Shown here: one piece after another, positions 20,752-31,455 of the stretch | How positions within the stretch are numbered: position 1 is the first letter of the stretch | How the letters are laid out: each line of letters begins with the position of its first letter | Assembly: GCA_000146045.2 (NCBI GenBank) | Contig: BK006936.2 | Location: forward strand, 320,001-384,000 | Length of the DNA: 64,000 nucleotides | Direction: 5' to 3' | From: TPA_inf: Saccharomyces | Taxonomy: Eukaryota | Translations under genes and position numbers: made by a program | Notes under the pieces: generated by a model | What the model saw: the letters and a program-made list of their open reading frames with translations, nothing else | What the model was told of the DNA's origin: nothing | Databases searched by the model: none

Positions 20752-23100
20752 TTTACGAAAAGTGTCTAGTTGCTCAATGCATATAAACTTAATCTAAGAA
20801 TCTTACAGGACATCTTCATATATGTCCATATGCTTTGAATAAGCATTGGCTTCCCCTTAAAGCCCGACCGGGTAAACTTTCACCTAGCTGTTCTTGGCGA
20901 CCATTAAATAATTTTGAATGCATTTCTAGGAACAAAATCAAGTGCAAGCTACAGCTTTACAATTATAGAATCTGTTGACCAAGTAAAATGGATGAGAAAA
21001 TTTACGTACGATTTTGTTCCTTATCCATTCAGCTTCTCAGTTAGTCAAGAGGTAGCTGTAGCGGCTTAACGAAAAAGGTATTAAAAAGGGACATACTTTT
21101 TTTATATCTTTTCCTTTGGCGTTCACAGTTACTCTTTTAGAACTCCTTGTTGTTGTGTAATGCATTTACCCATTCCCGATATAACTACCACTTTGGAGAA
21201 CTGTAGACAAAGACCGCTCTTACTGAGTATACATTTTACTTTCGTAGACCGACTTTTAACTCTATTAGGAAAAGCAATTGACTTTTGAACTTCGATGACG
21301 ATTGTGCAAAATACAAATCGTTTCAAGCGGTGTTCGGAATAGCTCACAGAAATGGCGAAGATATGTTGAAAAATACATACCGATGTCATTTGTGAAAAAC
21401 AAAAACACAAGCTACAATTTGTATATTTACTCAATTACATATACCAATTGAGTAATAATTAAACAAGAAGGCAAAAATAAACTAAAGCAAAATAGTATAC
21501 CATCTTTGGTTCCTGGACCACATTTTCTCTCAATATTTTTGAGATGTTTTTCTTTACTTTGTTTTAAGTAGTCTTTCCATCTCCCTTCAACGGAAACAAG
21601 TGCACGCAACATGTTATTTTCCTGTTATCCGCCCTGAGCAGTTTTCTTCCCCGGGTGGCAACCATTCTCCAACATTAGACAAACTTTACAAAGAAGACAC
21701 CCTACCCGGTTGCCTCCAAAGCCCTTCTTTCTTAACGCGAGTACCGCTTTGGGAGGCCTCATCTTGGTTGTGTCCTCGTATGGCAGCATCTGCCATTGAG
21801 CGAACCCTTTCCCGTTTTACGCGCATGGCCTAGACCGATCTTTAGCAGACATGCCGAGTGAATTTACCTAAGATTTCTAAGGACTCTTCTGCATGTTTCC
21901 GAAAATCACCGGAAAAACCTTCGGTTTTTTTAGACGAAAACTAGGAAGTTGCTTAGCTTTCCTTGTCGTCTTCAAATCTATATGCCATCGGAAGAGAATC
22001 AGAAGAGAAGATCACGACTTAAGAGCTTTGCTGTTAAGATAGCAAGAAAGCTTGCCAATAGGCAGTTATGTAACCTAGTTTATCTACACCTTCTTTGATT
22101 AACTTAGCTATGTAGGCCGGTGTGTTTGTTCATATCACGGCATACGTTAACACAATGTAAATCTTGCTTTGGGTTGACTGAGGGAAATAACTATAGACAT
22201 CACACCAATGGCTAAGGGATATTTCGACCTCGCTATGGGTTCTAAATGAGGGAATGGAAAAAAAGGGTAAATTGAAAACAACCTACCGATTTTGGTACCA
22301 CTTCCGTGATTTTCGATTCTTCAATTTCCGCATAATTTGCCTCAAATAGGAAATCTGAGCTGTTTTTTTCTTACCCTCGAGTGGTCGTTCTGCGGACTTT
22401 TCTCCGGTCCAATGCATGAATCCCTTTAAGAAGCATGAAGAAAAAAAAAAATAGCCTCTTGTAAAAGCAAAAATGCCTTTCACTATTTCTGTGTAAACGA
22501 ATAATTTCGTCATCTTAGTAGTTCACTGGATAATTGTGCTTTCCAATCAGATTAGTTAGTAAAACCCCTAGAAAATTTCAATGTTAGATCGGGATGATTC
22601 CTCATCGGGTTGTTGCTTATTCATGATCCTTTCAATTACTGGAAGCTTACCGAAAAGATATATAAAGAACCGAACTTATTCGGTTTACATGTAAGACAGT
22701 GTGTTAGTTATGGTTTTCCGCCCTTTTCTTCTCTTGTTTTCTTCGATATTTGTTATTAACCTTTTCTCATTTACGATTATATAATCAAGTGTCAAGATTG
22801 TGTCAGCAAATAACAGTAATATTCCAACCCGAAAAAAACTATCTATTTATCTTTGGATACTTTAACATAGACAAGAAGTCCTAAGAACTTACCATAATTT
22901 TTTTTCTAAAAACCCTTTTTTACTCAAAACTAATAGCTTATTCTGGTTATTTTTAATCAATCTAGAATTTTTTTCTTTTAATTCCAAACAATCTAATAAC
23001 GTTTAACCACTAATTCTTTAATTATTAATATTTAATTTTAAAAATCTTCTAATTTTCCTGATAACTTAAAGTGACACTATTTTTTAAAAAAAGCATCAAA

Positions 23101-24135
23101 ATGTCTGATTATGTTGAACTATTGAAAAGAGGTGGTAACGAAGCCATCAAAATTAATCCACCAACCGGTGCTGATTTCCACATTACATCTCGTGGTTCAG
23201 ACTGGCTTTTCACCGTTTTTTGTGTTAACCTACTATTCGGTGTGATTTTAGTCCCACTAATGTTTAGAAAACCAGTTAAGGACAGATTCGTATATTATAC
23301 GGCCATTGCTCCAAATTTGTTCATGTCAATTGCTTATTTCACCATGGCTTCTAACTTGGGTTGGATCCCAGTCAGAGCAAAGTACAACCATGTACAAACT
23401 TCTACCCAAAAGGAGCACCCAGGTTACAGACAAATTTTTTACGCTAGATACGTTGGCTGGTTTTTGGCTTTCCCATGGCCAATTATTCAAATGTCTCTAC
23501 TTGGTGGTACTCCATTATGGCAAATTGCTTTCAATGTTGGTATGACTGAAATATTTACTGTCTGCTGGTTGATTGCTGCCTGTGTCCACTCTACTTACAA
23601 ATGGGGTTACTACACCATTGGTATTGGTGCTGCCATTGTTGTTTGTATTAGTTTGATGACAACTACATTCAACCTGGTCAAGGCCAGAGGTAAGGATGTC
23701 TCTAACGTTTTCATTACTTTCATGAGTGTCATCATGTTTTTGTGGCTGATTGCTTACCCAACCTGTTTTGGTATCACAGATGGTGGTAACGTTTTGCAAC
23801 CAGATTCTGCTACCATTTTCTATGGTATTATTGATTTGTTGATCCTATCTATCTTGCCAGTTCTTTTCATGCCATTGGCTAACTATTTGGGGATTGAAAG
23901 ATTAGGTTTAATCTTCGACGAAGAACCCGCTGAACATGTTGGTCCAGTTGCTGAAAAGAAGATGCCATCTCCAGCTTCTTTCAAGTCATCTGATTCTGAC
24001 TCTAGTATCAAGGAGAAGTTAAAGCTAAAGAAGAAGCACAAGAAGGACAAGAAGAAGGCTAAGAAGGCTAAGAAGGCCAAGAAGGCCAAGAAAGCCCAAG
24101 AAGAGGAGGAGGATGTAGCCACCGACTCTGAGTAA
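23101..24135 (+). CDS. YRO2: Plasma-membrane 7-TM protein of the Hsp30/Yro2/Mrh1 (bacteriorhodopsin-like) family, 344 aa. It has a C-terminal lysine-rich (KKAKKAKKAKKA) tail.
   Basis: MSDYVELLKRGGNEAIKINPPTGADFHITSRGSDWLFTVFCVNLLFGV… matches Yro2p. The ORF was trimmed from the track start 23071 to the ATG at 23101, which gives 344 aa. Confidence 0.9.
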   Translation: MSDYVELLKRGGNEAIKINPPTGADFHITSRGSDWLFTVFCVNLLFGVILVPLMFRKPVKDRFVYYTAIAPNLFMSIAYFTMASNLGWIPVRAKYNHVQTSTQKEHPGYRQIFYARYVGWFLAFPWPIIQMSLLGGTPLWQIAFNVGMTEIFTVCWLIAACVHSTYKWGYYTIGIGAAIVVCISLMTTTFNLVKARGKDVSNVFITFMSVIMFLWLIAYPTCFGITDGGNVLQPDSATIFYGIIDLLILSILPVLFMPLANYLGIERLGLIFDEEPAEHVGPVAEKKMPSPASFKSSDSDSSIKEKLKLKKKHKKDKKKAKKAKKAKKAKKAQEEEEDVATDSE

Positions 24136-24601
24136 ATGCTTTGATCTGCTGATGTAGCAATGTTTTTTTCCTTCTTTTTCCTGACGTATTATTATTTGAG
24201 ACCGAAACTTCGCTGGAAAAGAAACACTTCGATCCTTTTTTTATCTTCTGCATTATAACGCGCAACGATGAAGTGTTAATACATGAAAGAAGATGGGATT
24301 GGATTGTAGCGACCAAAGGCCACAAATAAATATGCACTGTTTTTAAATTTTTTTTTCATTAAAAAAATACGAATAAATTCCTTAAACACATACATCATTT
24401 TGCTTCAAATTTTTACGTTTGTAAGAAAGACCATTTGTTGTCTTAATACCTATGAAGCACTACTTATAATCTTAATTAAATCTAATTCTTTTCTTTAACT
24501 TTTTTTTTGAGCATCGCTTCTATCAATTATGTGTATACATACATACATACATATAAATATACGCGCAGGCTAAGTAGAAAACAACGCAAGATAGAATTAC
24601 T

Positions 24602-27301
24602 TTATTTGTCATTCATCAAGCGCAATAAAATCTCTCTAGGTGTGCAGTATTGCATTTTTACGTTCTTGGAGGCGGCTATCCATTCGGGTCCGTAAGTAGG
24701 CTCACATTGATCGAACATATTGTAGAGATCAACAGTATCCTTGCCTAACCTTGCATATGTCCTAAATAGCCAAACCCATGTATCTCCGTAACGCGAGCAC
24801 TTTTTCAGAGCTCTTTCTAACCATTTTAATGATGTTTCATATTGCGCTTCTGCATAAAAGGATACTCCAATCTCCAAAAGAACGCGATGATCGTTTTGTG
24901 TCCTTCTTAAAGCATCTTGAAAAATTGTTTTTTTTAACGAACTTTTGTTTCCATGCTTAAACAGCTTGATTTGCTCCACCCAAAGTAAAGCATTGCTTGG
25001 AAACTTTTGCAATGCCTGTGTGACGAGTAACTCCGCCTGATCTAAGTTACCAAGTCTTATTTCCATTTGGATTTTAGCAATGTAAAATAATACATCGTCA
25101 GGATTTTTTAACAATCCTCTATCTAAAATTGATCTTGCCCTTACTGGATTTTTTAGATCAATCTCGTCAATCTTTGATAGGGAAACCCATAATAAAGGGC
25201 AATTGGGCACTAACCTTGTACCAGACAAATAGGTTTCTCTACTCATTTCAATATTGCCCATGGAATGATAAATTTGACCCAGCTGTAAAAAAAATTTGTG
25301 GCAGATGGGAAATGATTTCAAACATCTCTCATTCAAGAATTTTATAGCCTCTTCATTCAGATCTTGGTACCGCAGAAAGTTTACGTATTTATAATATAAT
25401 CTTTCCGTGCCACTGATCTTAAAATCCTCTAAAGAGGAGAAAGTTTGCTGAAAAAAATCTCGTAATTCATCAAGTTGTAGTGAACGACCTAATAACTTTA
25501 TCTTGAAAAAGCGTAAATCCAAATTATGCGGGGCGAAATCTATAATCTGGTCAATCAAAACTAGTGTTTGCCTAGTATCCCCTTTTTGGGCCTTCCAATA
25601 TTCGCTTACATACATCATTAACAAGCCAGGGCTTTTCTCCCTCATATTTGCTCGTATATCATCACTATTCTTGGTCTGAAATAGCAGCTCCTGGAAAAAT
25701 GCTAATAACTCTTCAATTTTATGGTAGCTTTCAGTGGCCATTTTCAGTCTAGACCAAAGAACTGTATCACAAGGATCCCACTGAATAAGCTTTTTTAAGA
25801 CAGCAATTTGTACCTTTGAGTGTGGCATTTTTTCTAATATCTGATCAACATTATTCAACTCAGACTCATACTCGCCACTTTCTCTTAACCATTCTAATAT
25901 AGCGTAAACGATGGCTTGACAGGTTAAATTTGAATTGGGCGCATCATTTAGAGCCTCTGCACGTTTCAACCATGCTGACAAGGTCGCTTTGTACCCATTT
26001 TTAGAGAGTTCCAATAAACCCTCCTTGAGCAAACTAACTAGTTTATCTACAGGTATATCTGGGTTATTTCGTTCTTCCAAGAGTGTAGAGATAATCCAAA
26101 TTTCCGGTTCTTGCGGAAGGATTTTTCTGAAGGAATTCAAAGTCATTTTAGCATTATGATAGCTTTGCAAATTAGTATATGCAGTCAAGAGATCCATACT
26201 TTGTGGAATAAATTGTGTGGCTTTCTCTAACATTTTTATAACTTGCGCTTTGTCAGCTTCAAAACTGACAGCTAGCTTCCATAGGCCCTCATCTCGAGGA
26301 ATCTCTTGCAGTGCTTTTCTCACTACTCTATATTTGTTAACCGTTGTGCTTTCCAAATCAATAGCTTTGAACCAAAGAAGCGGAGACGTTGGATTAAAAT
26401 TTATTGCCGTTGCCACTAATGTTTTACAGTAGTGAACATCAGATTCGTGTAGTCTAATGTTTTCTAGCCAAATATCGGAGCTTCGAGGGCACTCTTGGCA
26501 ACCATTTTCTATTATTTTTTTTGCTACTGAAAATTTTCTTGCCTTTTCTTCTAATCTGGCAGAAGCTATCCAACCCTGTGGATTTGTTGGATCGGCCTTT
26601 CTGTATGACTTTAAAATTGTGCGCATTTTCTGTAAATCTTCTAACGTTGCGTCTGAGAGAGAATTTACTCTATCGTTTTCTAAGTCCTTTAAGTAACTTA
26701 GGGCATCGGTAGCAGCGTTCGGTTTATTAACCTGTATAGGGTTACTTGCATTCTTCGTTAATTGTGCAAGATTCTCATCTATTTGAGATTGCAATAATTT
26801 TTCTCGTTCTTCCGTTAATTTATTTAAATCAACATTCCCAGGTATTAGCGAATCCGGTGCAGCATAAGTTTTTCTGTTTAATTGCTCTTGAATTCTATTT
26901 CTCTTGTTTCTTCTTGTAAAATCTGTGGCATCCGGAATATCCATCCACTCACTCTCCGTTACAGCAGCTAATGATTCTTTCAAATCGGCAAATTGCCGTT
27001 TCACGTTTGAAGAATCAACTGAATTGTCATCATCCTTTTCATTAGCTCTTTTCTTTTTCTTTTGTGCTAATTTCAATTCAAGCGTTTTGAATACATTTGC
27101 AGCTTCATCATCTTCATCATCTTTCGGTTGGCTTTGAAGATGGTTGTTCAAATTTTCACGGTACCTTTTCGGTATTCTTCTTCCTTTGTCATCATTACTA
27201 ACCACTTGCTTTTCTTTTGTTGAAAATCCAGTGGCTCCACGACCAATACCTGGTACGTAACCTGCAGGTGGTTCTTGATCCAAAAAAGATGGCCTCTCCA
27301 T
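24602..27301 (-). CDS. PRP6: U4/U6.U5 tri-snRNP splicing factor with HAT/TPR repeats, 899 aa.
   Basis: 899-aa ORF with repeated TPR/HAT-like helices. Length and position match YBR055C. Confidence 0.85.
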   Translation of the reverse strand: MERPSFLDQEPPAGYVPGIGRGATGFSTKEKQVVSNDDKGRRIPKRYRENLNNHLQSQPKDDEDDEAANVFKTLELKLAQKKKKRANEKDDDNSVDSSNVKRQFADLKESLAAVTESEWMDIPDATDFTRRNKRNRIQEQLNRKTYAAPDSLIPGNVDLNKLTEEREKLLQSQIDENLAQLTKNASNPIQVNKPNAATDALSYLKDLENDRVNSLSDATLEDLQKMRTILKSYRKADPTNPQGWIASARLEEKARKFSVAKKIIENGCQECPRSSDIWLENIRLHESDVHYCKTLVATAINFNPTSPLLWFKAIDLESTTVNKYRVVRKALQEIPRDEGLWKLAVSFEADKAQVIKMLEKATQFIPQSMDLLTAYTNLQSYHNAKMTLNSFRKILPQEPEIWIISTLLEERNNPDIPVDKLVSLLKEGLLELSKNGYKATLSAWLKRAEALNDAPNSNLTCQAIVYAILEWLRESGEYESELNNVDQILEKMPHSKVQIAVLKKLIQWDPCDTVLWSRLKMATESYHKIEELLAFFQELLFQTKNSDDIRANMREKSPGLLMMYVSEYWKAQKGDTRQTLVLIDQIIDFAPHNLDLRFFKIKLLGRSLQLDELRDFFQQTFSSLEDFKISGTERLYYKYVNFLRYQDLNEEAIKFLNERCLKSFPICHKFFLQLGQIYHSMGNIEMSRETYLSGTRLVPNCPLLWVSLSKIDEIDLKNPVRARSILDRGLLKNPDDVLFYIAKIQMEIRLGNLDQAELLVTQALQKFPSNALLWVEQIKLFKHGNKSSLKKTIFQDALRRTQNDHRVLLEIGVSFYAEAQYETSLKWLERALKKCSRYGDTWVWLFRTYARLGKDTVDLYNMFDQCEPTYGPEWIAASKNVKMQYCTPREILLRLMNDK

Positions 27302-27602
27302 AAAATGTGACGTTTTCTTGCTGTTAAACTCTTTATGTCAACTCACCCGTATATTTTCTGAAATTTTTCGTTTTTTTTTGCTTAATAGAACAATCTGACA
27401 CACTATAAATGTACTGGTTAAATTAGCCCAAGGTTCTATCAACGGTAAAGAAGACTTTTAAAAATACTTTCGTTACATTATTTATTAAAAGAAGAAACGC
27501 CATCATTTCATAAAGGTCTCCGGAGGAGCTACTAAAGAAAGAGTGCTGCAATTAATACAATTAATATAAGTGTGGTTATTGAAAATAACTATTCATTTAT
27601 AC

Positions 27603-27686
27603 GGAGGGTTGGCCGAGTGGTCTAAGGCGGCAGACTTAAGATCTGTTGGACGGTTGTCCGCGCGAGTTCGAACCTCGCATCCTTCA
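27603..27686 (+). tRNA. tL(UAA)B2: tRNA-Leu, anticodon UAA, 84 nt with a long variable arm.
   Basis: The sequence is GGAGGGTTGGCCGAGTGGTCTAAGGCGGCAGACTTAAGATCTGTTGGACGGTTGTCCGCGCGAGTTCGAACCTCGCATCCTTCA. Its anticodon loop is CTTAAGA (anticodon TAA). A box TGGCCGAGTGG and B box GTTCGAACC are present. Confidence 0.85.
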
Positions 27687-27878
27687 GTAATATTTTTTTA
27701 ATATACATTTTCTCTGCCATCATGGCTTAAAAAATGCTTAAAAGAAGGGAATTAGGGGGGATGGATGAACTAAGACATAACTTTCTTTTCTTCAATTCGA
27801 ACTCTGTTGGGAAGAGTTGCTTTAAAAAAGACTCTCTATCCATCTATAAAATTTATTAAAACTTTTGAACTGCACAGA

Positions 27879-29384
27879 ATGATTGGCTCACTTAGAAACA
27901 AATTTGAGCATTTCAAAGTTTCTGAAAAGGGAGGTCAAAATTTATCTACAACACTACCGAAACTACCCCCTGCAAAGGACCTTGATAGATCAACTATCTA
28001 CAAGTACCGTTACAATTATGGTGTAAACTTGGGTGCGTTATTTGTGCTCGAACCATGGATTTTTTCTAAAGAAACCATTTGTACAATCGATGGGAAAGAA
28101 TATGATAGCGAATTTGATGCTATTTCCCAACAATTGAAGAAGCATTCTTCTGAAGACGTTGCGAAAATGTTAAGCGATCACTATAAAAAGTACATTGATC
28201 GAATTGACTGGGAATGGCTATCTAAAGATGCCCATATTACAGCGTTACGTATTCCAATTGGATATTGGCATGTCGAAGATGGGAAGCATTTAGATTCGCT
28301 TCCATTTGCCCCATTGAGAAAAGTTTATGAGTTAGCCAAACCTTGGGAAAAACTTGGCGAATTAATCAATAATGCCAAGAAAATGAGCATTGGTGTATTG
28401 ATAGATTTGCATGGTCTACCAGGAGGCGCTAATTGCGACTCACACAGTGGCTCGAAGAGTGGTGAAGCTGCGTTTTTCCACAAGGAAAAGTACATGACCA
28501 AAGTCTACAAAGATATTTTACCTGCAATTATTAACACAATGACTCTGGGCAACGAAAACATCATTGGTATTCAAGTGGTTAATGAGGCATGTTTTGATAA
28601 TAACCCAAAGGGCCAAAAATTCTATTATTCAGAAGCCATTAATACCGTTGAAAAACTTCAACCAGGTTTACCTGTCATAATATCCGATGGTTGGTGGCCC
28701 CAACAATGGGCAGACTGGGTTAAAGAAAAACATTTTAGTGAAATAGTGGTCATTGATTCTCATGTCTACCGCTGTTTTTCTGATTCTGATAAGTCGAAGG
28801 ATGCCAATTCCATTATCAAGGATTTGCCAAATACTGTGAATTTTCCTCATGAAGATGCCGATTATACTGTTGGTGAATTTTCTGGTGTTCTTGATGGACA
28901 AACTTGGAATAAAACTTCTGGCGACAGAGACGCTATTGTTCAAAAATACGTACAAACCCAAGCAGATGTATTTTCTCATGTAGCTAGTTGGGGTTGGTTT
29001 TTTTGGACTTTGCAGTTTGAATACGGTGATGGAGGTGAATGGGGCTTAGCTCCCATGATGCAGAAAGGAAATTTACCAAAACGTCCTCACGGTGATGACT
29101 TACAAGTCGACAAGAAGAAAATAGATTCAATAATCCATGAACACGAGGCTTATTGGAACGGTAAAGGTAAAAATTTTGAACACTGGAGGTTTGAGGATGG
29201 CATAAAGACAGCTGTTGATGATATAATTGCCTTTAGGAAATTTGACAATTCATTAATTGGTAGATGGCATTCATGGAAGTCGCAAAGAAGAGCTGAATAC
29301 GTTTCTGCCAAAAAAGATAGCGAATTTATGTGGGAATGGGATCAAGGCTACCAACGTGGGTTAGATGAGTTTAATAAGTATTAA
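27879..29384 (+). CDS. Putative glycoside hydrolase family 5 (exo-1,3-beta-glucanase-like) protein, 501 aa.
   Basis: The ORF was trimmed to the ATG giving MIGSLRNKFEHF…, 501 aa, matching YBR056W. GH5-like conserved segments are present (…IDLHGLPGGANCDSHSG…, …GEFSGV…). Confidence 0.75.
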   Translation: MIGSLRNKFEHFKVSEKGGQNLSTTLPKLPPAKDLDRSTIYKYRYNYGVNLGALFVLEPWIFSKETICTIDGKEYDSEFDAISQQLKKHSSEDVAKMLSDHYKKYIDRIDWEWLSKDAHITALRIPIGYWHVEDGKHLDSLPFAPLRKVYELAKPWEKLGELINNAKKMSIGVLIDLHGLPGGANCDSHSGSKSGEAAFFHKEKYMTKVYKDILPAIINTMTLGNENIIGIQVVNEACFDNNPKGQKFYYSEAINTVEKLQPGLPVIISDGWWPQQWADWVKEKHFSEIVVIDSHVYRCFSDSDKSKDANSIIKDLPNTVNFPHEDADYTVGEFSGVLDGQTWNKTSGDRDAIVQKYVQTQADVFSHVASWGWFFWTLQFEYGDGGEWGLAPMMQKGNLPKRPHGDDLQVDKKKIDSIIHEHEAYWNGKGKNFEHWRFEDGIKTAVDDIIAFRKFDNSLIGRWHSWKSQRRAEYVSAKKDSEFMWEWDQGYQRGLDEFNKY

Positions 29385-30458
29385 GAAATATACAAACACA
29401 TATATACTAACTATAGGCGTTTCTATTCTTTTGGTTTACTGTCGAAAATAAAAAAAAAGCTGTTGTGGCGGCACTTCGTAAGTTTTCAATTATCCAGCTA
29501 CTGCCAGTAGAGTACTCAATACTTTTACTTTCAGCTGAAATGAGGTTTTTCTTTAAATGAAGTTGATACGCAATATCATAAAAGCACCGGAATAATGGTA
29601 ATCAAGATGAAGCGCTATGATATTTTTAGTATTTGCCATCTTCAAATCATTCTATTTTACCCAATAGAACATTCAAGTAAGGTGAACTATTTAAATTAAA
29701 AACTCAAGTAACATGGGCGATCTTTAAGCATTTGAGAGTTATTAAAAATTTCCGAATAGAGCAATAATGGAGGAAATTAAGTAAAAACTTTGAGCCAAAA
29801 TAAATAATATTACAAAGCAAGCCAGAGTCTCTTTTTAATCAGAGGAAAGATGAGTTGATAAGCGTATAAGCTACTCTGCTGTGAATGTTTGAATCAACCT
29901 CCCAAAAGATGTATTGGAGGTATTAAGCTGCCTTGAAGTTGGGATTTGGCAGGGTTATAAAAAAGGCGTCATTGGCTAAACATGCAGCCACACATATTGT
30001 TGTTTCATAGCCATAAACTTTGATATAATGACCGAAAATTGTTTTTGCGTTGTTCCATAAGCCCAGCTGCCCGTTGGGTATTTTGAACTTTTGTCGCCAG
30101 GTATCGGCCGTTCCTAATATTATAGTAGCTTATACCATCAAGAAAGACACTACATCTAACTACTCAAACAAAAGTAACCCCACGGTTATGTTCACCGAGT
30201 TGCGTACGGTTAACATGTATTATATGGCAGCGCAAAAAGCGATGGCTGTGACAGATGATGAAGTCATCCATCGGTAATTGTCCATCTTAGGTAACAATTG
30301 CGAGGCAAGTAACACAGACTCTCGAGTACTTGTTTTTCAGGGTGTGAGAAGAGCCGTTGTTTACTTAGTGATAATTCACGCTATTTTGTTGAGCAAGTCA
30401 TTAAACAATCTACTACCTGTAGCTCGTGAGTGGAATATCAAGGTGATATACACTTTTG

Positions 30459-30751
30459 TGTTCTAATGAAATTCAAATACTAATATTGACGAGTTTTCAT
30501 ATTACTAGTATATTATCATATAAGGTGTAAGAGAATGACATAAAGATTGAAAAAAAGTCAACGGATGTAATGGAAGCTGGATGACAACTTCTACAATGAA
30601 AGGAGAATAATAATGCTATAATGTCGAAATAGCAACTCTCTTTGTGAATTCTTCGCGTGGAGTAATTCTAGTGTCTTTTGTATTCACAATATTATAGCGT
30701 TTGAAAAACGATGTACTTCCAACAATTATTCCAAAATTCATCTATTTCTCA
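30459..30751 (+). mobile_element. Solo delta LTR fragment (Ty1/Ty2), about 76 bp upstream of tQ(UUG).
   Basis: …CATATTACTAGTATATTATCATATAAGGTG…GGAAGCTGGATGA…CATCTATTTCTCA parallels the delta consensus from its 5' region to the TCTCA terminus. Confidence 0.65.
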
Positions 30752-30826
30752 ATGGTAATTCCTATTGATCAATTATTTTTCAAACCACTCAATTTAAAAA
30801 ATTGTCAGAAATACCATCAATAAAAG

Positions 30827-30898
30827 GGTTTTATAGTGTAGTGGTTATCACTTTCGGTTTTGATCCGGACAACCCCGGTTCGAATCCGGGTAAGACCT
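30827..30898 (+). tRNA. tQ(UUG)B: tRNA-Gln, anticodon UUG.
   Basis: The sequence is GGTTTTATAGTGTAGTGGTTATCACTTTCGGTTTTGATCCGGACAACCCCGGTTCGAATCCGGGTAAGACCT. Its anticodon loop is TTTTGAT (anticodon TTG), with a GGTTCGAATCC B box. Confidence 0.85.
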
Positions 30899-31254
30899 TA
30901 TTTTTATATATTTTTTCATGAATTATCGGACACTCTTAGAATGGAGATCTCGCAGATATGGGGCTGAGCCGTGCTGCATCAGTTAAGAAAGAAATAAGCC
31001 ACCTCGATGCTGTGGTGAATAATTTACGGGAAATTTCTTGGCGTTTCTGTAAGTGACATGATCCGTTATAGTGCCGCAAAGCCAAAAATGTCTTATTTTT
31101 AGGTTAGCATCTTTTCAGCCTCGAAAAATGCTTGTTCAGCAATAATATATAAAAGTATCAGTAAAACAACACTTTTTGTTAGATGAACAATTGATTTTGT
31201 CTAGGTCCTTGTACTTTGAGAAATATCATCAAAAAAAAAAAGTGCGACATCACA

Positions 31255-31455
31255 ATGAGACATCAATACTATCAACCACAACCGATGTATTATCAACCAC
31301 AACCGCAACCTATATACATACAACAAGGGCCGCCGCCACCAAGAAATGATTGTTGTTGTTGTTGTAACTGTGGCGATTGCTGTTCAGCAATTGCGAACGT
31401 TTTATGTTGTCTGTGTCTAATTGATCTATGTTGTAGCTGCGCTGGCGGCATGTAA
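31255..31455 (+). CDS. MNC1: 66-aa cysteine-rich tail-anchored CYSTM-family protein (PQ/Y-rich N-terminus, C-run CCCCCNCGDCC, C-terminal TM).
   Basis: MRHQYYQPQPMYYQPQPQPIYIQQGPPPPRNDCCCCCNCGDCCSAIANVLCCLCLIDLCCSCAGGM, trimmed from the track start 31216. It matches YBR056W-A and has the CYSTM signature. Confidence 0.75.
   Translation: MRHQYYQPQPMYYQPQPQPIYIQQGPPPPRNDCCCCCNCGDCCSAIANVLCCLCLIDLCCSCAGGM

Noticed and set aside
23071-23100. N-terminal extensions of many track ORFs (e.g. 23071, 17183..18298, 27807, 31216, 33344, 36083, 42580, 55762, 59943, 60381).
   Set aside because: The track uses non-ATG (TTG/GTG/CTG) starts shown as M. The remembered protein lengths are reproduced exactly only from the internal ATG, so the extensions are artefacts of the ORF-calling rule.
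30050-30466. Two consecutive + strand ORFs (75 and 62 aa) next to the delta fragment upstream of tQ(UUG).
   Set aside because: I recognise no homology, the composition is not protein-like, and they lie adjacent to a mobile-element scar. I did not call them as genes or as a relic.
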